Part shown: piece after piece, positions 12,801 to 24,512 of the stretch
How positions within the stretch are numbered: position 1 is the stretch's first letter
How the letters are laid out: each line of letters begins with the position of its first letter
Source of the DNA: Centroscyllium fabricii
Taxonomy: Eukaryota
Direction: 5' to 3'
NCBI GenBank assembly: GCA_051313645.2
Contig: JBNRSN020000011.1
Coordinates: 114,824,001 to 114,888,000, forward strand
DNA length: 64,000 nt
Notes under the pieces: generated by a model
Told to the model about the DNA's origin: nothing
What the model saw: only the letters and a program-made list of their open reading frames with translations
Databases searched by the model: none
Position numbers and translations under genes: made by a program

Positions 12801-13079
12801 TTATGTTGGCAAATGAGGCACCAATTTGTGAACAGCTATTAGCAAGTAGCCAGGATAATTGGAAAACTCTTCTTTAAATAGCGCCATGGGATCTTGAACA
12901 GTTGGGCATGGTTTAATGTCTCATCCAGAAGGCAGCATCTTTGAAAATTCTGCATTCCCTCAGCCTAGTTTTGTGCTCAAGTCGTTAGTGGAGCTTGAAA
13001 CCACACCCTTCTAATGAAGACGCAAGAATGCTGCCAACTGAGTCAAGCTGACACCTTTATATAGAGGATAAAAAGACAA

Positions 13080-13796
13080 TGGCCCAGAAATTGCAGTCAG
13101 CGCATATCGGGTTTAAGCTCTGGTGCGAGCGCACCAGAGCTTAAACCCGCAGGAAGCAGCCGGAGCGCACGCTTCGGGTTTTCCTATGCCGCCTAGGGTG
13201 GGGGGGGGGGGGGGGGGTCGCTGCTTCCTGCGAGTTCCAGCGCAGGAAGCTGCGAACTACGGGATTGACCAGTCTTTCAGATGTTTTTTTAAAGTTTTTC
13301 TACGGACCAAGAGCAGAAAAAAGCAGTCGTAAACACCCGTTTTTATCTGGTAAGTGTGTATTTTATTGTTTTCAATTGTTGTTTTTTCAGGTTTTTAATT
13401 GTTGATAACTTTAAAGACAGGTAAGTATGTTTTTAGACCTGTTGGAAGTTGAAAAAAAATTCTGCAAATTTTTATTTTTTCTTTAAAATAGGTTATTTGT
13501 GTTAGTTGGGGTAATGTTTAAAAAATGTGGTGTTTGTAAAACTCGCACAGATTTCTCTGTGGAAGTTTTGAACGGAGAATTGCTTCCACTGATTGGCTCC
13601 CTGCCAATCATGTGGTCTCAAAAGCCACTTTGCACTAATTACGCCCTTCAGATGCCCATGAAACTCGCATGGAGCTCTGACAAGCTGGGCGAACGGGAAT
13701 TTCTCAGTGCAAAAAAGCAAAACTGAATATGGGCAATTAAAGTGCGTTAAGCAGGTACTGCACCCGCACGAAGGCTCCACTGCAATTTCTGGGCCA
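13080..13796 (+). mobile_element. PIF/Harbinger-type MITE, family A
   Basis: TIRs tggcccagaaattgcag / ctgcaatttctgggcca; shared AT-rich core ctttaaagacaggtaagta. Confidence 0.75.
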
Positions 13797-13810
13797 TTAA
13801 TACATCATAA

Positions 13811-14409
13811 TGGCCCTGAATTGTGGTCAATGGTGAAGCGGCAGCGCTCGCCGCTGACCTCAAAGAAAGCTGCCCAAAAAGAGCTCGTGATCTCTGTGGT
13901 GTGAATGTCAGCTCTCCCGACTTTTGTTTGAATCTGATGGCAAATCAAGCGAATCTCCAGCGCTCAGCAGCAGTGATGTCATCAAGCAGGCTGAGCAACC
14001 AATCACATTGATGAATTTTCACCTGTCAGCAAATCAAGAAGTAAAATGCACAGATTCTAATTTACTTTTTAAAATAAATTTTACAGAGAGCAAAATAAAG
14101 ATTAGGACAGACACATAGGATTAAGGTAGAAGCTGAAATATCATAAACAAACTTTAAATTATTATTTTTAACAGCGATATTCCAGCATTATAGGGGATTT
14201 TTTTGTCCTTCAGTGTGATTTCAATTGATTGCTGGCTTTGGGAAGTTCCACAGCACAACCTGTGGTGGAGCAGGGAATGACTGACTGCAGCTTCTGGATT
14301 TCTGCATTTATCTGCACGTGCTAAATCCTGAAGTTGCTGTCAGCTCCGAGGGCTAATGACGGTGAACACTGATAGTTTCGTCATCATTACCACTGCAAAA
14401 TCTGGGCCA
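13811..14409. mobile_element. PIF/Harbinger-type MITE, family B
   Basis: TIRs tggccctgaattg / caaaatctgggcca; TAA target duplication; an inverted relative lies at 26025-26615. Confidence 0.7.
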
Positions 14410-15409
14410 TAAAGACAGTAGTTTCAAATAGTTCAATATGTTTCTCATGCATAAAAGAACATTGGTAGCATAGGTTAAAATGAACTACCAAGTTGTCAGT
14501 GTATTACAGTAATTGGGACACAAGGATTGAATGAAGGCTAATAACAACAACTGTCATTTTCATGAAAGCAATTGCAAAATACCAGAACTTTTGTTATATT
14601 TTGTAAACATTCTCTTAATGTATTTTGTAAACGTCTTAAAGGGGAAGGTAGCTTTTGGAGTAAGTGCTATGACTGAAATTGAACAAAGAATCAATTTACA
14701 GTCAAGAAATCACATTGACATCAATGAAAAGACATGGACACACTCCAAGAGCAGTCCCTTGAAGTCAGATCAGTACATCCATTCCACTACTTGATTGAGG
14801 AGTTGGCCATTCTTTGACCTTATCATCACACGTAGCCTTGAGGCCTTTATCACTGACATGGCTCTCTCTGGTCACTACTTTCCCACTCCGATGCAGTTTC
14901 CTGCCCACCCCAAAAACTTCCAATATTACATTGCATCCTGGGAACGATTACCCTCCGACCCTTTTGGACATGCACTGTCACACTCCAGCCTCACCCAAAT
15001 CTGGTTCACCACCTGGAATGACATTGACACATTTGTTAATCCAGGTAGAAGTAAAAGATCCCATGGGAGTAACATCACAGCATTGGTTGCAAATGACATC
15101 TTAAAGATAAGAGTGATGTATGCTCTTCTCCATCCTCAGACAATGATGATGACACTTTAACTGAGGATATCTGTTTCCATGGTGATGTGGCATACCCAAC
15201 AGAGTTTGGTTGAAGGAGTAAGAACTACATTGATTGAGTGATACTATGAGGTCAGTTATATTACACATTAAGATTTCAAATGGCAATGCATGAACAATAG
15301 ACCCCATGTTATAGTGCCAACTCCAATGTCCCTTTCTACCCAGGCACAAAGAGCCTGGATTCCAAATCTTGTTTAAATGTTAATGATAACCGATGGGTGA
15401 TCTGGATTG

Positions 15410-15615
15410 CACTACATGAAAGGGGGTGGAAGCAAATTCAATAGTAACTTTCAAAAAAGAATTGGGTAAATAGTTGAAGGGAAAATATTTACAGGGCTAT
15501 GGGAAAGAGCAGAGGAGTGGGATTAATTGGATGGCTCTACCAAAGAGATGGCACAGGCACAATGGGCCAAATGACTCCCTTCTGTGCTGTATCATTCTAT
15601 GATTATGATTCTATA
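15410..15615 (+). mobile_element. CR1 3' end fragment
   Basis: ggtggaagcaaattcaatagtaactttcaaaa...tctgtgctgtatcattctatgattatgattcta tail. Confidence 0.7.
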
Positions 15616-15701
15616 AGATGAAACATTAAGTTTTAAAGTGCTATCTGATAATTTGGAAATGTAAGTCTGCACTAGACTGCAGTTATACTGCAGAAGGAGT
15701 G

Positions 15702-16098
15702 ATAGAAACATAGAAACATAGAAGATAGGAGCAGGAGTAGGCCATTCGGCCCTTTGAGCCTGCTCCGCCATTCAATGAGATCATGGCTGATCATCCAAAC
15801 CCAGTACCCTGTCCCTGCCTTGTCCCCATATCCCTCTCAAACCTGCACCGACACATATCCCACCCTATCCCCATAACCCCACATATTCAATCCCCCTAAC
15901 ACTAAGGGTCAATTTATCATGGCCAATCAACCTAACCCGCACATCTTTGGACTGTGGGAGGAAACCGGAGCACCCGGAGGAAACCCACGCAGACACGGGG
16001 AGAATGTGCAAATTCTACACAGATAGTACCCGAGGCTGGATTTGAACCCGGGTCTCCAGTGCTGTGAGACAGCAGTGCTAACCACTATGCCACCCGTG
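15702..16098 (-). mobile_element. HE1-type V-SINE
   Basis: tRNA-like head with A/B boxes (ggtggcatagtgg...ggttcaaatcc), V-domain (tgcgtgggtttcctccgggtgctccggtttcctcccac) and a CR1-derived tail. Confidence 0.85.
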
Positions 16099-16649
16099 AT
16101 GTTAAAATGGTTTGAGAATACCTCCTGGGGTGAGCTCATACCTCTTGTACTTGCTGCAGTTGAGTCAGACTAATAGCCTGACTGTATATTATGCTATATT
16201 CTTTCTGTTGGTACACATCTAAAATAGCTTCACAGTAAAGCAAAAGTGGTGGTATTCCCATAACATTGTTTGTGGCTTTTATAAGGCATTAGATCGTAAG
16301 TAAATCTTATTAATTCTGCAGAAAAAGAATGTTCAGTACTTAAAAAGTTTGTTATAGAGCTATGGGATACATCACTCCTAGCATTTATTTTCCATTCCAT
16401 TTAATTATCACATGTCTGGGCACTGAAAATAACCCTCAGTCCCATAAAATAAATTAGATTCACTGAAGTATTAATGCACTTCTGTTTAGCTTACTTGACA
16501 CTTTAACTTTTTAAACATTTGACATTTACTGTACTAAGTAAACAAGAAATATGTGTTAGCTTAACAAAACCACGTGTCTGGCTATTAAGTGTTAAAACAA
16601 GTGAATTGCATAGAGCCTCTTTAACTCTACCTCTTCCCACCATGTCCCC

Positions 16650-17695
16650 TTGAAGGGTGTTTTTGTGACTGGAAGGCTGTTTCCAGTGGGGTTCCACAGA
16701 GTTCAGTACTGGGTCCTTTGCTTTTTGTGATATATATCAATGATTTGGACTTGAATGTAGGAAGTATGATTAAAAAGTTTGCAGATGATACAAAAATTGG
16801 CCGTGTGGTTGATAATGAAGAAGGAAGCTGTAGACTGCAGGAGGATATTAATGGACTGGTCAGGTGGGCAGAACAGTGGCAAATGGAATTCAATCTGGAG
16901 AAGTGTGAGGTAATACATTTGGGGAGGGCTAAAGGCAAGGGAATACACTATAAATGGTAGGATACTGAGAAGTGTAGAGGAACAGAGGGACCTTGGAGTG
17001 CATGTCCACAGATCCCTGAAGGTAGCAGGACAGGTAGATAAGGTGGTTAAGAAGGCATACGGGATACCTGCCTTTATTAGCCAAGACATAGAATATAGGA
17101 GCAGAGAGATTATACTTGAACTGTATAAAACTCTAGCCTGGCTGCAGCTAAAATACTGCGTGCAGTTCTGGTCACATTACAGGAAGGATGTGATTGCACT
17201 AGAGGGGGTGCAGAGGAGATTTACGAGGATGTTGCCTGGGCTGGGGAATTTTAACTATGAAGAAATTTGGATGGGCTGGGATTGTTTTCTTTGGAACAGA
17301 GGAGGCTGAGGGGAGACCTAATTGAGGTGTATAAGATTATGCAGGGCCTAGATAGAGTGAATAGGAAGGATTTATCTCCCTTAGCAGAGGGGCCAATAAC
17401 CAGGGAGCATAGATTTAAAGTAATTGGTCTGAGGTTTAGAGGGGTTTTGAGGAGAATTTTTTTCACCCAGTGGGTATTGGGGGTCTGGAACTCAATGGCT
17501 GACAGGGTGGTCGAGGCAGAAACCCTCATCACATTTAAAAATTACTTGGATATGCACTTGAAGTGCTGTAACCTACAAGGCTACAGACCAGGTGCTGGAA
17601 AGTGGGATTAGGGCGGAAAGCTCTTCGTGGGCCAGCATGGACAAGATGGGCCGAATAGCCTCCTTCTGTGCTGTAAATTTCTATGGTTCTATGAT
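16650..17695 (+). mobile_element. CR1 LINE RT 3' portion
   Basis: LFVIYINDLD, KFADDTK, WQMEFNLEKCEVIH, RRLRGDLIEVYKI motifs followed by the tail. Confidence 0.9.
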
Positions 17696-17974
17696 TTATC
17701 TTCCTCCCTCAGGCATGTGCCAATGCTGTCTGATTCAGCCAATCCACCTGACAACCGGCTCCACATTCTCATCATTCTCCGTGTTGTGTGAAGAAACCCC
17801 TCCTAAATTCTTTATTTGATCTGTTGGTGGCTGTCTACTATTTTAACCCCTTATTCTGAACTCGCTCACAAGTGGAAAGGAAGAGGGTTTACTGGTGACA
17901 TTTGGACTTGGGTCAGTAGATTGGGGGGGGGGGGGTTCTAACCTGGCTGGTGGTGGGTATATTTGTCCATACAC

Positions 17975-19893
17975 CAACAAACACATGTAGGGCGGAATTA
18001 GGCCGATACCCACTGATAATAAATATCCCAAAAAGAGTATTACATTTTTGGAATCACCTTAAATCTAGCCCCCAAGACTCCCTCCAGTTTAAAACCCTCC
18101 AAACCCAAGAGCGGAACCCAGAAGAGTCCCCTGTGTCAGTTGGTATTGAGACTAACTACCCCTACTCAGTCAAACCTTGACCAGTCTCAGATCAACACTG
18201 CTTTCCAAACACCAATTAGAGTGGACCAAATCATCAAAAAATGTAAAGAAACCTATTTGGAACATTGGGATAAAGCAACCAAAAACCAAAGCAGATTAGA
18301 ATGCTACCGTGCCCTAGAAAGAGATTATAAATTGGCAAACTATCTTTCAACTGTCAGAAATATAAAGCAGAGACAGACCCTCACCAGGTACAGACTAAGT
18401 GACCACCAGTTGGCAGTCAAAAAAGGAAGACAGAAGAAATCCTGGCAGCCAAGAGAAAATAGAATATGCGGTCACTGCTTGACAGATGAGGTTGAAACAG
18501 AGATGCACTTCCTCCTAAAATGCAAAAAATTCAACAAAACAAGGAGAACATACTTTGACAAACTAAGCCTGGAAATCCCAGATTTCAAAGAATTAGATGA
18601 TATCTTAAAACTAAAAATAATCCTTGGCGAGGGAGATAGGGCACAGCTTGGTGCACAATACGTAACAGCATGCCACAACCTGAGAGACAGTGAATGACCA
18701 ACATGCACACATGCACGCACACACAGGCAGAGACTGATCAACACTGATTAGAAACATAGAAACATAGAAAATAGGTGCAGGAGTAGACCATTCGGTCCGT
18801 CGAGCCTGCACCGCCATTTAATACGTTCATGGCTGAACATAAGAACACAAGAACACAAGAACACAAAAACACAAGAAATAGGAGCAGGAGTAGGCCAATC
18901 GGCCCCCCGAGCCCGCCCCGTCACCCAACAAGATCATTGCTGATCCTACCCTAACCTTCATACCACTATCACCCTTCTCCCACCCAAAGAACCATGTGAT
19001 CTCCTGGGAGAGGCGAAAAACCGGATAAAAACCCAGGTCCAATTTGGGAAAAAAAATCCAGGAAATTCCTCTCCGACCCCAATCCAGGCGATCGAAACTC
19101 GTCCAGGAGATCACTCAGGTCTTACTATACTAACCATAACTCAGGTCCACTTCCCTGCCCGCTCCCCGTAACCCCTAATTCCCTTGTCTGCTAAAAAAGT
19201 GTCTATTTCCGTTTTAAATTTATTTAATGTTCCCGCTTCCACAGCTCCCTGAGGCAGCGAATTCCATAGATTAACCACCCTCTGAGTGAAGAAGTTTCTC
19301 CTCATCTCAGTTTTAAAAGAGCCCCCCCCTTATTCTAAGACTATGCCCCCTAGTTCTAGTCTCCCCGATCATTGGAAACATCCTTGGCGCATCCACCCGA
19401 TCAAGGCCCCTCACGATCTTATACGTTTCAATAAGATCGCCTCTCATTCTTCTGAACTCTAAAGAGTAAAGTTCCAACCTACTTAACCTTTCCTCATATG
19501 TCAACCCCCTCATCACTGGAATTAACCGTGTAAACCTTCTCTGCACTGCCTCCAGAGCAAGTACATCCTTTCTTAAGTATGGACACCAATTGTTATACTG
19601 TTTGAAACTGCATTTAAACTATATATCTATTGATATTATTACTGATGCTGTTGTATATATTCTGTTAGTACTGTTGTTATTACGTCTATTAATGTACTAT
19701 TTTTGTGTATATTACAATGCTTTGGCAACAACGGTTGATACAATTCATGCCAATAAAGCTATTTGAATTTGAATTTGAATTTGTATGTCTAGATCTGCGT
19801 CTGTGTTCAATTGTATATGTCCTTTTTCTGTGCTTTGGCAACATAAGATGCGTCTTGTCATGCCGATAAAGCAATTTGAATTGAATTGAATGG
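17975..19893 (+). mobile_element. RTEX-like LINE 3' end, interrupted by CR1
   Basis: RAELGRYPL; LTRYRLSDHQLAVKKGR...RICGHC...ETEMHFLLKC zinc-finger; two similar tails catgcc(a/g)ataaagc followed by ttgaa-type repeats at about 19745-19890. Confidence 0.65.
18750..19590 (-). mobile_element. CR1 3' fragment with compound tails and a structured 3' UTR module
   Basis: [23 protein letters not shown]; stacked tails at 18750-18900; module at 18996-19114. Confidence 0.85.
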
Positions 19894-19899
19894 TGTTTA

Positions 19900-20600
19900 A
19901 TGGACGGTGATTGGTTTCTGTCTCCTCCTGATGCGAGTCCCAGGGTGATAGGCGGGGTGTGGGAGGCGGTGAGCCCTCCCTGCCGGTGGTCCTGGGCAGG
20001 CCAGGCGGAGGGCGCTTTGTTTCGATCCATTGCGGTAAGGAAGGGGCGGCGCCGGAGCTGCTTTCGCCGCAGCGTCTCCATTCATTCATTGATTCCTGCA
20101 GGTGGAAATGAGTGATCGGCAGACACTGAGCCCCGGCCCACCCACCCACACCAACCGCGGGGAGATGTGCAGCCCCGAGAGTCGGGCTGGCGGCCAGCAC
20201 CACTACAACTAGCCTGGCTTAACTGGACCTAATCCTTTTAGAATTATCTCTCTATATATATCTTCTGCTGCTATGGAGGAAAGTGCGAGCGAATCGCTGC
20301 CGGATCTGAAGGATTTGGAGAACAAGGTGGGACGGAAGACGCCCGAAGGTTTGCTGCGCTGGCTGCGGGAGGACACGGCTCGGCCCGCCGGGGACAAACT
20401 GGACCATCCCGGGCCGAGCGGCGAGCAGGCGGCGCCCGTTTGCGGGGCCGGCAACAGTCCGGGGAAGAGGCTGCCTGAGGGGCTGGCGGAGAAGATCCGA
20501 GTGCTGAGGCTGGACATGGTGAGTGAGAGAGGAGGGAGGGAGGGGGCGCTTTATTTACAGTATAAAGGTGCCCGGCTCGCTTGTGCAGGTATTTTAGAAA
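19900..20600 (+). promoter_or_regulatory. CpG island / probable promoter and first exon of LURAP1
   Basis: CpG-dense, non-repeat sequence with GC boxes (ggggcgg) around the start codon. Confidence 0.65.
20273..20518 (+). CDS. LURAP1: Leucine rich adaptor protein 1 (LRAP35a), coding exon 1
   Basis: MEESASESLPDLKDLENKVGRKTPEGLLRWLR...AEKIRVLRLDM matches the LURAP1 N-terminus; phase-0 donor ATG|gtgagt at 20519. Confidence 0.93.
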
Positions 20601-20859
20601 TACTGGGGGGCCAGGCTGTGATCTCATTTCTATTTATTTACCTTGGCCACACCGCCCACCTGTACACACAGCCTCCGGGGGAAAGTGAATCCGGAGTTTG
20701 ACATTTGCTGTCCTGTCTTGTCGGGAGCACTGACTTTAACCCCTGGGTGTGCAGACCTGCCAGGCGAGAACTCGCCAGCTGTCGGCTTCACCTTTCGTTG
20801 CATTTGTCTCCGGTCCACAGCTGATTAAAACCGCAGCCCAGAGTGCAGCAGGGGCGGGG

Positions 20860-21510
20860 AACAGTAATGGAGAGCGTGTGAGTGAGAGTGTGTGCCAGAG
20901 ACTGAGTGGGGGATAGTAATGCTGAGTGAGTGTGTGTGTGTGTGAGAGAGAGAGAGTGGGGGATAGTAATGCTGAGTGTGTGAGAGTGAGTGTGTGTGTC
21001 AGAGAGTGAGTGTGGGATAGTAATGCTGAGAGTGTGAGTGTGGGATAGTAATGCTGAGAGTGAGTGTGGGATAGTAATGCTGTGAGTGTGAGAGTGAGTG
21101 TGGGATAGTAATGCAGTGAGTGGGGGATAGTAATGCTGAGAGAGTGAGTGTGGGATAGTAATGCTGGGAGTGTGAGTGAGTGTGGGATAGTAATGCTGTG
21201 AGTGTGGGATAGTAATGCTGTGAGTGTGAGAGTGAGTGAGGGATAGTAATGCTGTGAGTGTGGGATAGTAATGCTGGGAGTGTGAGTGAGGGATAGTAAT
21301 GCTGGGAGTGTGAGAGAGTGAGTGTGGGATAGTAATGCTGTGAGTGTGAGAGTGAGTGTGGGATAGTAATGCTGTGAGTGTGAGAGTGAGTGTGGGATAG
21401 TAATGCTGTGAGTGTGGGATAGTAATGCTGGGAGTGTGAGTGAGTGAGGGATAGTAATGCTGGGAGTGTGAGAGTGAGTGTGGGATAGTAATGCTGAGTG
21501 TGTGAGAGTG
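20860..21510 (+). repeat. Minisatellite (gggatagtaatgct plus a variable GA/GT spacer) in LURAP1 intron 1
   Basis: About 20 copies of gggatagtaatgc separated by (gt/ga)n spacers. Confidence 0.95.
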
Positions 21511-22261
21511 TTGTAACAGGAGCTTCCCGCGGGCAGTGTGAGCAGCCCAGACCGGTTTTGCGGCTCTGAGGAAAGGCGAGCATTGCTCCACTCCTCCCCT
21601 GCCAGGCTCCGCGGTTCCTGCTGCTAAACAAAGCGCCGATGCACCCGGCCTGGTTGCATTTAAAACAGACGCGGTTGCTACCTGAGTGACATTAACCCTT
21701 TCATCTATTGGAGGTTTGTTTGTCATCCCCGCCCCCCCCCCCCCCGTTGAAAATCACGGAGGCCCGGGTGATTAAATGGGCCAGCACTTGATGCCAAACA
21801 GTGACCGGACCGGCCAAGGCTCCCCCCCCCCCCCCCGATACCAGTGCTGGGCTCTCGGCCATCCTTGGCGTGTGGTCTCCTGTAATTTTGCAACTTGCTA
21901 TAATAGTGAGGCTGCTTTCACTCCTTGTTATTGGACCGAGTTCGCGACGTTTGAAAGCGATTGCATTCATCAAGTCGGAGCTGATGGGTAGTTTTTTTTA
22001 ATGTTGCAAATGCGTCTTTAGTTTCTTTCTGTTGGAAGATTGCCTAATTTTGCAGTGGCATTGCTAGAGTTGGTCTAGTAACGCAGCACTTCTTCATGTT
22101 TCTGGCCCCCTTCAGAATGAAATTCAGCCGAAACATATGGATGATTTAATAGCAGGTGCATGAGTAAATTAACTAAATCGTATGGATCAGCTTTTTTTTA
22201 AAATCCATTCTTTTGCATATTAGGTCATATTATGCTGGCGAGGGCGGGATTCCCTTTTTGC

Positions 22262-22600
22262 AGGATTCTGAGGTGGATTGACAGGATAGATGCTGAGAGG
22301 ATGTTTCCCCTGACTGGAGAGTCTAGAAATAGGGGGCGTAGTCTCCGGATAAGGGGCTGAGATGAGGAGGAATTTCTTCACTCTGAAGGTTGTGAATCTT
22401 CGGAATTCTCTACCCCAAAGGCCTGCGGACGCTCAGTCTTTGACTATATTCAAGGCCGAGATCGATAGATTTTTGGACTCTAGGGGAATTGAGGGACATG
22501 GGGATTGGGCGGGAAAGTGGAGTGGAGGTCGAAGATCAGCCGTGATCTTATTGAAGGGGCCATATGGCCTATTCCTGCTCCTAATTCTTATGTTCTTATG
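22262..22600 (+). mobile_element. CR1 3' fragment
   Basis: MRRNFFTLKVVNLRNSLP; tail cctattcctgctcctaattcttatgttcttatg. Confidence 0.85.
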
Positions 22601-22954
22601 TCTGACTTTGCCCAGCCAGTGGACTCGGAGACCAAACCACACCCTAGTCTATTAGTTAATTCAGCCCACACACACTAGGGATTGATTCCAGCATCTATCT
22701 CATCTTTAAGTCTAAGTACCACCCAAGTTCATCGAGCTGATGCAAGCATTGGAACTTGTTTACTTTTTTTGGATCTTTAAGTGTTGCTTAACTTTTCTAT
22801 TTCTATTTACTGCCTGCTACATCTGTTTCTTCTCAAGCAATTTCATTTTTTCCTTTCAATATTTCCCCCTAATTTCGCTTCTGATCTAAGCTAACCTTAT
22901 AAATGCCGATTGTTAGAAATGAATGGACCCTGGTTAGACCACACTGGTAGTGTT

Positions 22955-24512
22955 TACATAAGAAATAGGAGCAGGAGTAGGCCAATCGGCCCCTCGAGCC
23001 TGCTCCGCCATTCAACAAGATCATGGCTGATCTGATCCTAACCTCAATTTTATTTTTACTCTCCATCCCGCCCAAACCCATGTGATCACCCGGGAGAGGC
23101 GAAAAACCAGATTAAAAAACCCAGTGGCCAATTTGGGAGAAAAAATCTGGGAAATTCCTCTCCGACCCATCTAGGTGATCGAAAACTGGTCCAGGAGATC
23201 ACATGGCCGATCTGAACCTAGCCTCACGTCCACTTACCTGCCCGCTCACCATAACCCCTAATTCCCTTTACTTCCAGGAAACTGTCTATCTCTGTTTTAA
23301 ATGTATTCAATGTAGTAGCTTCCACAGCTCTCTGGGGCAGCAAATTCCACAGCCTCACCACCCTCTGAGTGAAGGAGTTTCTCCTCATCTCAGTTTTGAA
23401 ATGGCAGCCCCTTATTTTAAGATTATGCCCTCAGTCCTAGTTTCACCCACCATTGGGAACATCCTCACCACATCCACTCGATCAAGCCCTCTCAATCTTA
23501 TATGTTTCAATAAGATCGCCTCTCATTCTTCTGAACTCCAATGAGTAGAGGCCCAATCTACTCAGCCTCACATCATATGTTAGCCCCCTCATCCCCGGAA
23601 TTAACCTAGTGAACCTTCTTTGCACTGCCTCGAGAGCAAGTATGTCCTTTCTTAAATATGGATACCAGAACTGCACGCAGTACTCCAGGTGTGGTCTCAC
23701 CAATACCCAGTACAACTGCAGCAAGACCTCCCTGCTTTTATACTCAATCCCCTTAGCAATAAAAGCCAACATTCCGTTGGCCTTCCTGACCACCTGCTGC
23801 ACCTGCATATTAACTTTTTGTGTTTCCTGCACCAGGACCCCCAGATCCCTTTGCACTGAAGTACTTTCCAGTTTCTTTCCATTTAGATAATAACTTGCTC
23901 TATTATTTTTCCTGCCAAAGTGCATAACTTCACACTTTCCAGTATTATACTCCATCTGCCAAATCTCTGCCCACTCACTTAGCCTATCTATGTCCTTTTG
24001 CAGGTTTTTAATGCCCTCCCCACTCATCACCCTCCCTCCCATCTTTGTGTCATCCGCAAACTTTGATATGTTGCACTTGGTCCCTTCTTCCAAATCATTA
24101 ATATAGATTGTAAAGAGTTGGGGTCCCAGCACCGACCCTTGCGGAACACCACTAGTGACTGACTGCCAGTCTGAGAATGAACCATTTATCCCAACTCTCT
24201 GTTTTCTGTTAGAAAGCCAATCCTCCACCCATGCCAGAATATTACCCCCAACCCTGTGATTTTTTATCTTGAGTAATAATCTTCTGTGGGGCACCTTGTC
24301 AAATGCCTTTTGGAAGTCCAAATACACCACATCCACTGGTTCCCCTTTATCCACCCTGTATGTTATGTCCTCAAAGAACTCTAGCAGATTTGTCAAACAT
24401 GACTTCCCCTTTGTAAAACCATGCTGACTTTGTCCTATTAAATGATGTTTATCCAAATGCCCTGTTACTGTTTCCTTAATAATGGATTCTAACATTTTGC
24501 CAACCACAGATG
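22955..24512 (-). mobile_element. CR1 LINE RT portion with structured 3' UTR module
   Basis: Long open frame with QHGFTKGKSCLTNLLEFF, YLDFQKAFDKVPH, GVPQGSVLGP and KFADDTK; module at 23078-23206. Confidence 0.92.

Noticed and set aside
16030-16098. tRNA-like A/B boxes
   Set aside because: They form the head of an HE1 SINE, not a tRNA gene; the same applies at about 34810-34878 and 56345-56412.
20519-20701. Extension of ORF 20273-20701 past the donor
   Set aside because: This is intron read-through; LURAP1 similarity resumes at 32254.
20860-21510. Constant repeat with variable spacers, superficially CRISPR-like
   Set aside because: The spacers are low-complexity GA/GT runs, the context is eukaryotic and there are no cas genes.
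20788-21726. 312-aa and 210-aa His/Ser/Thr-rich ORFs
   Set aside because: They are translations of the intronic minisatellite.
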